Assembly (NCBI RefSeq): GCF_001194135.2
Contig: NC_068986.1
Coordinates: forward strand, 10,598,266-10,648,012
DNA: 49,747 nt
Origin: Octopus bimaculoides
Lineage: Eukaryota
Reading direction: 5' to 3'
Notes under the pieces: generated by a model
Seen by the model: only the letters and a program-made list of their open reading frames with translations
Database searches by the model: none
Told to the model about the DNA's origin: nothing
Part shown: piece by piece, positions 44,520 through 49,747 of the stretch
Numbering within the stretch: the stretch's first letter is position 1
Layout: the number at the start of each line of letters is the position of its first letter
Translations under genes and position numbers: made by a program

Positions 44520-45045
44520 TCTTTTGAAAAATGGTTTTGTCAAGAGACACGGGAGGGAGGGGGTATGGTTAGAGAGTGAATATATTGCGGGAATATTGGC
44601 TGTCTGTAATCTGAGTACAAAGGTTGGTGAGGACAATAAAGTACCGGTGAAGCTTGCCTCTCTCTCAATCAGTAACATTGTGCCAGTCATCAAAAGGTTT
44701 GTGGGAAACCAGAGTCAAGATCTTTTCTAGAAATGGGTGTCAGTGAGGGATTTCCCACTTCAAACAGATCAGGTGTGAGAGCATAACAGACCGGACCTAG
44801 TGGTGGTGGACAAGGTGCACCACACATGCTATATAGCTGATGTTGCATGCTCCTTTGACCCACAAATAGTCAAGAAGGAAGGCATAAAAATAGATAAATA
44901 CAACCCTCTTAAGTACAAAATAGCCTGGCTATGGAAAATGAAGGTGAAGATGGTGCCAAGCATTGTTGGGTCCTTGGGAATAGTATCAGAAGGCATCAAG
45001 AGGAATATAAAGGAAATTGGAACAGAGTGTCCAGTAGAACTGTTA
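44520..45045 (+). mobile_element. 3' fragment of an R4-like LINE (restriction-like endonuclease domain), cut by an assembly gap
   Basis: HNRPDLVVVDKVHHTCYIADVACSFD...KIDKYNPLK..LW..VPSIVGSLG is the PD-(D/E)xK RLE signature. Confidence 0.8.
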
Positions 45046-46812
45046 NNNNNNNNNNNNNNNNNNNNNNNNNNNNNNNNNNNNNNNNNNNNNNNNNNNNNNN
45101 NNNNNNNNNNNNNNNNNNNNNNNNNNNNNNNNNNNNNNNNNNNNNNNNNNNNNNNNNNNNNNNNNNNNNNNNNNNNNNNNNNNNNNNNNNNNNNNNNNNN
45201 NNNNNNNNNNNNNNNNNNNNNNNNNNNNNNNNNNNNNNNNNNNNNNNNNNNNNNNNNNNNNNNNNNNNNNNNNNNNNNNNNNNNNNNNNNNNNNNNNNNN
45301 NNNNNNNNNNNNNNNNNNNNNNNNNNNNNNNNNNNNNNNNNNNNNNNNNNNNNNNNNNNNNNNNNNNNNNNNNNNNNNNNNNNNNNNNNNNNNNNNNNNN
45401 NNNNNNNNNNNNNNNNNNNNNNNNNNNNNNNNNNNNNNNNNNNNNNNNNNNNNNNNNNNNNNNNNNNNNNNNNNNNNNNNNNNNNNNNNNNNNNNNNNNN
45501 NNNNNNNNNNNNNNNNNNNNNNNNNNNNNNNNNNNGTTTTGCTTTTTGCTTCTTTCTTTCTTTTTTGTTTGTCTCAAAACAATGTTTTCCTGTCCAGTGA
45601 TTTTCATTGGAAAATAGTTTAAAAAAATCTTTTTGTAACCAGCATTTTTTGGGAAGAGAAATTTTTGAGTTCAGACTATCAACTGCTCTGAAACAGCATG
45701 GTCCATTATGAGGTGTGTGTGTGTGTGTGTGTAACACACAACATTTTTGTACAGAAAAATCATTGTGTATGTGTGTTATATATATATATATATATATATA
45801 TATCATCCTTTGACATCCATTTTTTCCATGCACTGACCCATGTAAGCATAGAAAACTAGATATTAAAGTATAATGATGACTATATATATATAAACACATA
45901 GTGGAAGAGTTTAGAACCCGATGTAAGAATAGGTCTGTGTGTAAGAGAGAGTAAGTGTGTATTTGTGATGCATAATGAGGGCTTCAAGGCCTACATTTTA
46001 AAACAGTTTTTCCACAACTAGCCTTATACAGGAGACAACTAATGCTCAGTCAATGTTCATATGATAAAATAGAAGAAATGGCCATTTTACAAAAATACCT
46101 TAACCTCGTGAAAGAATTTTTGAGATTTGATATCTAGGATATATTCCAACATGTTCTAAATCCCACCTGCATACACACATAAACACACACACACACACAT
46201 ATAAAAGGAGGGGGAGAGAGAGAGAGAGAGAGAGAGTATAGTAGAAAGAAAGGATCCATATTTTCATCATCATCATCATTATAATATAATACAATTTTTG
46301 TAGCACCTGTGGAGAGTGTTAGAATATTCTGGATTTGGTCTGGTATCTTTGATTGATTCATTGATTGATTGGCGATTTTTAAATAGAAAAATCTGATTGA
46401 TTGATTAGTATTCAATAAATCCTTGAAAGCATGTGTGTGTGTGTGTGTGCATGTTATGTTTATAGGAATGTGCGTATGGCCTGCCCATGTAGCAGCAGAT
46501 GTATGCATCATGTGAGTGAGTGAATGCGACGAGTGTCTGAACCACCAAATCTGGTCACAACCTTTGCAAATAATCTGACAGTTCTGCATTTCAATGTAGC
46601 AGGGGCCCCTCCCCACAAAAGTTTGGTCCATTGTTGCTTGGCAAATCAACAATATACATCAAGTTAGTCTTAGTTTTACATTTCTCCTTCAATCACCTGT
46701 TCATTGTTTATGGGCATACACACACACACACACACACACGCAACAGTATTCTTATATACATTATACACACATGCACAATTAATTTTTTTCCCCCTCATCT
46801 CTGCCAGTTTGT

Positions 46813-46959
46813 CTAAATATTGTTCAATCGGCGTGGTAAAGGTGGTGCTTTGTCTAATCTGTACTCGGAGGATGGTACTTCTGGAGTGATAGGTGTGGTA
46901 GGAAATGTTTTGCGAGGTGGGAGTGGTGGCGGAGCGGTAATTTTGGACATGTCAATTAC
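46813..46959 (-). CDS. Terminal coding exon of the same gene (VIDMSKITAPPPLPPRKTF...KAPPLPRRLNNI*), with PxxP SH3-ligand-like motifs
   Basis: Long pyrimidine tract and TAG acceptor, 48 codons then TAG; contains PPLPPRK and PPLPRR. I could not identify the gene. Confidence 0.75.
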   Translation of the reverse strand, partial: VIDMSKITAPPPLPPRKTFPTTPITPEVPSSEYRLDKAPPLPRRLNNI

Positions 46960-47210
46960 CTAAAAAAAACAGAGAGAGAAAAAAAACATGGTTAGCATCA
47001 TCATCATCATCATCATGTTAATCCATCTTTATTCCCCTTATTTCAGCCTACTCGGAGACCACCTACCCTAAACCCTTCTGATATCAACCTACCAGAGACA
47101 GCCCTTGGTTCTAGGACACAAACTTCCTTTTTTCAAGAAGTCTAAATTTAAACCATCGACCAAAAGTTCATGTTAATTTATGTTCCAAATATCAGTTTAA
47201 TAATGACGAT

Positions 47211-47415
47211 ATTATTTACATTATTTACATCTGACAGATATTTGTCCTCATCGTGTTTGTTGTTAATACATTTCAGCTGATATACCCTCCAACCTTCATC
47301 AGGTGTCTTGAGGAAATTTCGAACCTGAGTTCTCATTCTTAAGGTATTTTTCTATGTTATTATTATTATCATCAAATAATGTACATAATTCCTCATCTCT
47401 TAAATATAGAACTGT
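47211..47415 (-). mobile_element. Second Penelope-like pseudo-LTR fragment with a degenerate hammerhead motif (about 47264-47307)
   Basis: Minus strand reads CAAGACACCTGATGAAGGTTGGAGGGTATATCAGCTGAAATG; an inverted 3' piece follows a (TAT)n run; homologous to 17360-17627. Confidence 0.65.
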
Positions 47416-49097
47416 AATGATAATTTTTCACTAAATTCTTCAAACTTAAATGCAACAAACACTGTGTATTTGAAGAGAAATATGGTAAGAACGGGTGACA
47501 TTAAGAACACTCATTCCAGTTGAAATCTCAACCAAAAATTGTGTTATTTCAAGAATTAAACAATAAATAAGAGTTATATCATAGTTGAATAATATTGACT
47601 GTTAAAAACACATGTATACTGTTTATCTTTTATTTGTTTCATTTTTAGTCAAATGAATTGAGCCCAGTACTATTTTGTTTTCTTGGTCTATTTTGTTGAA
47701 CTGCTAAGTTACAGGGCTGTAAACACACCAACACTGGTTGTCAACAGACAGACACAAAATCTACTCACAAGGCTTTGGTCAGCCTGGAGAAGACAATTGC
47801 CCAAGGTGCCATGTTGAACCTGAAACCAGGTGGTTGGGAAGCAATGTTCTTAGCCACACAGCCACACCTTCACCTACATAAATTGAGGCGTTAAGGGGCC
47901 AAATCAGTGGGGAAGCAGGAGAAATTACTTATAGAGAGATCAACTTTGCTTTTCATTATTCCAGGATTGATCAAATACCATAATCTCCCTATTTTTAGAA
48001 GATTTATTATTACACTGTTGCTTTCCACCAATTCTCTTGTTTATGTATTGCTACCTATCACTCCTCCTCCCAGACCCACACCTTATTTTCCTTTACCCCC
48101 TCCCAACCCAAATTCACTACTGACCCCCTTCCTCCGTCCACTGCATTCACTTCTATCCCCATCCCCCCTTTTTTCACCCACCCAGCCATCCTCGATCACC
48201 CATTCCTATTCTCTCTCTCTCTGTCCATCTAACACTTCATTGTCACCATCCATTCTTCATTCCTTTCCTGCTGGGGTACCCTTATATATATATATATATC
48301 TCTCCTCTTACAGCAAGACACATGTTCCTGTCCCTCTTTCCTTAACACCAGGCACAAAGGCCACTTCCCTCAGTACTTCACCCCTACTCAATCATAGAAG
48401 CTTCTCTTGTAAACTACTTGGGGACCTTACTAGTGCCAGTGCCATGAAAAAAAAAACAAATGGTCGGCATTAGGGAGGGTATCCAGGCATAGGAACTAAT
48501 GCCAAAGCAGACATTGTAGTTCAATGCAGCCTTTTGGCTTGTTGAACCATCCAACCCATGCCAGCATGGAAGATGGACGTTAGATGATGATGATGATGAT
48601 GATGAAGCTGACAGCTACTAAAGTTGCTAGCTGTATCACTATGTCATTATTTCCTCAAAATATATCTTAGATGTATCATAGGTTTTTCATCGCAATTGTT
48701 TCATCCTCTTAACGTCAACTTTTCCATGCCTGCATGGGGCAGATGGAAATTTGTCGAGGCAGATTTTCTATGGCCAGATGCCTTCCCCGTTGCCAACCTT
48801 CATTTATTTCCCAGTAAAGTAACATTTCCCCATGGCCAGACATGTTTTCATGGAAGACAGGTTCAAATGGCACTGCTTGTATGAAGACAATGCTCCTTTA
48901 CAGCCATCACATGATGCCAAAACAAGGCTCACTAACAACACACACACATACCCATATATGTATATATATGACAGGCTTCTTTCAGTCTCCATCCACCAAA
49001 TCTACTCACAAGACTTTGGCTAGCTCATTGCCATACAGTAGGAGTGAATCCAACACCAAGTGATTGGAAAGCAAGCTAGCATTCAGCTCTAACTTAC

Positions 49098-49192
49098 AAC
49101 TTAGTTCCCAGTGGAATCTCCTTGGTTGCAGTTTTTCTCTCCTTCAAAGAGTTTAGAGATACCGTTTCTGTAAATCTCCACTTACAGACAGA
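49098..49192 (-). CDS. Candidate 95-nt exon, possibly alternative (SVCKWRFTETVSLNSLKERKTATKEIPLGTK-)
   Basis: TTTCATGTAG acceptor, GTAAGT donor, open in the phase set by exon 49406-49333; no homology or transcript support. Confidence 0.4.
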
Positions 49193-49332
49193 CTACATGA
49201 AACCAAAAAGCTTAGAGGTACCACCAGTTGATGTAAATCTCCACTAATATAAGTTATATTTCCCATTTATATTTCTTCCATGAATTCAGTTCCAGATTTG
49301 TACCTGAATTGCATTCCATTTCATATACCTAC

Positions 49333-49406
49333 CTTTGGTGTTTTTGGAGGAACAACAGGTGGTGCTTGTAATGGAGGACCATTGGGGCTGGCTTTCAATT
49401 TAGAAT
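49333..49406 (-). CDS. Internal exon of an unidentified gene entering from the right edge (SKLKASPNGPPLQAPPVVPPKTPK)
   Basis: Poly-T plus ATAG acceptor, GTAGGT donor, 74 nt open frame, proline-rich; its phase-0 end matches the terminal exon at 46959. Confidence 0.75.
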
Positions 49407-49747
49407 CTATAAAAAAAATAAAAACGAAAAAAATGTCAATAAAACAAGAATTAAACAAATGAAAAAAAAAGGGAAAATATAATTCTTTATTGAGATCTGA
49501 TAATTTTTAAAAACTCAATTGCTTTTATTATAAATTAATTTTCTTTTTCAAAAGAAATATGTTTCATGAGGGGAAGTATTTTCCAAGTGAGATGAATTTT
49601 AAAGATGCTATTTGTGGCAGAGTTGGACTTAATTTAAAATCAACTCTCAAATCACCTTTACCTTTTTTTCAAAAACTTTTTACTTGCTTGAGTCATTGGA
49701 CAGCAACCATGATGGGGCATCACCTTGAAGAATTTTTAGTTGAATGA

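Noticed and set aside
46813-46959. Naming the proline-rich gene (SOS, DOCK or dynamin-like)
   Set aside because: PxxP tails are too generic and no folded domain lies in the window.
47907-48473. 188-aa Pro/Ser/Leu-rich ORF (also 8189-8624 and 28766-29137)
   Set aside because: Low-complexity pyrimidine-rich intronic DNA with no splice or family support.
49186-49192. 7-nt microexon plus 70-nt exon (49167-49098)
   Set aside because: The intervening intron would be only 18 nt and the join creates an immediate TAA; the single 95-nt exon is more plausible.

Overview
AT-rich animal genomic DNA, most likely octopus (inferred from the repeat families and dense (AT)n/(CA)n/(GAT)n microsatellites). It has four assembly gaps: 15358-16215, 40224-40599, 41894-42195 and 45046-45535. 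Three intron-containing genes were reconstructed by hand with GT-AG boundaries and consistent phases. (1) The first 8 coding exons (247 codons) of NUP85 on the minus strand, running off the left edge. (2) A complete 8-exon, 308-aa mu-crystallin/ketimine-reductase-like gene (CRYM) on the plus strand, head-to-head with NUP85. (3) The last exons of an unidentified minus-strand gene with a proline-rich C-terminus. The rest is mostly transposon debris: RTE, CR1-like and R4-like LINE fragments, tRNA-derived SINEs, a DD34E Tc1 element, 8-bp-TSD (Merlin-like) and TTAA (piggyBac-like) MITEs, long hairpin elements, Penelope-like repeats with a minimal hammerhead ribozyme, and 27-bp and 67-bp minisatellites. 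Most ORFs in the supplied track are spurious. The best leads are the hammerhead motifs, a candidate cassette exon that swaps a PxxP tail for a -TKL end, and unusual substitutions in conserved CRYM motifs.
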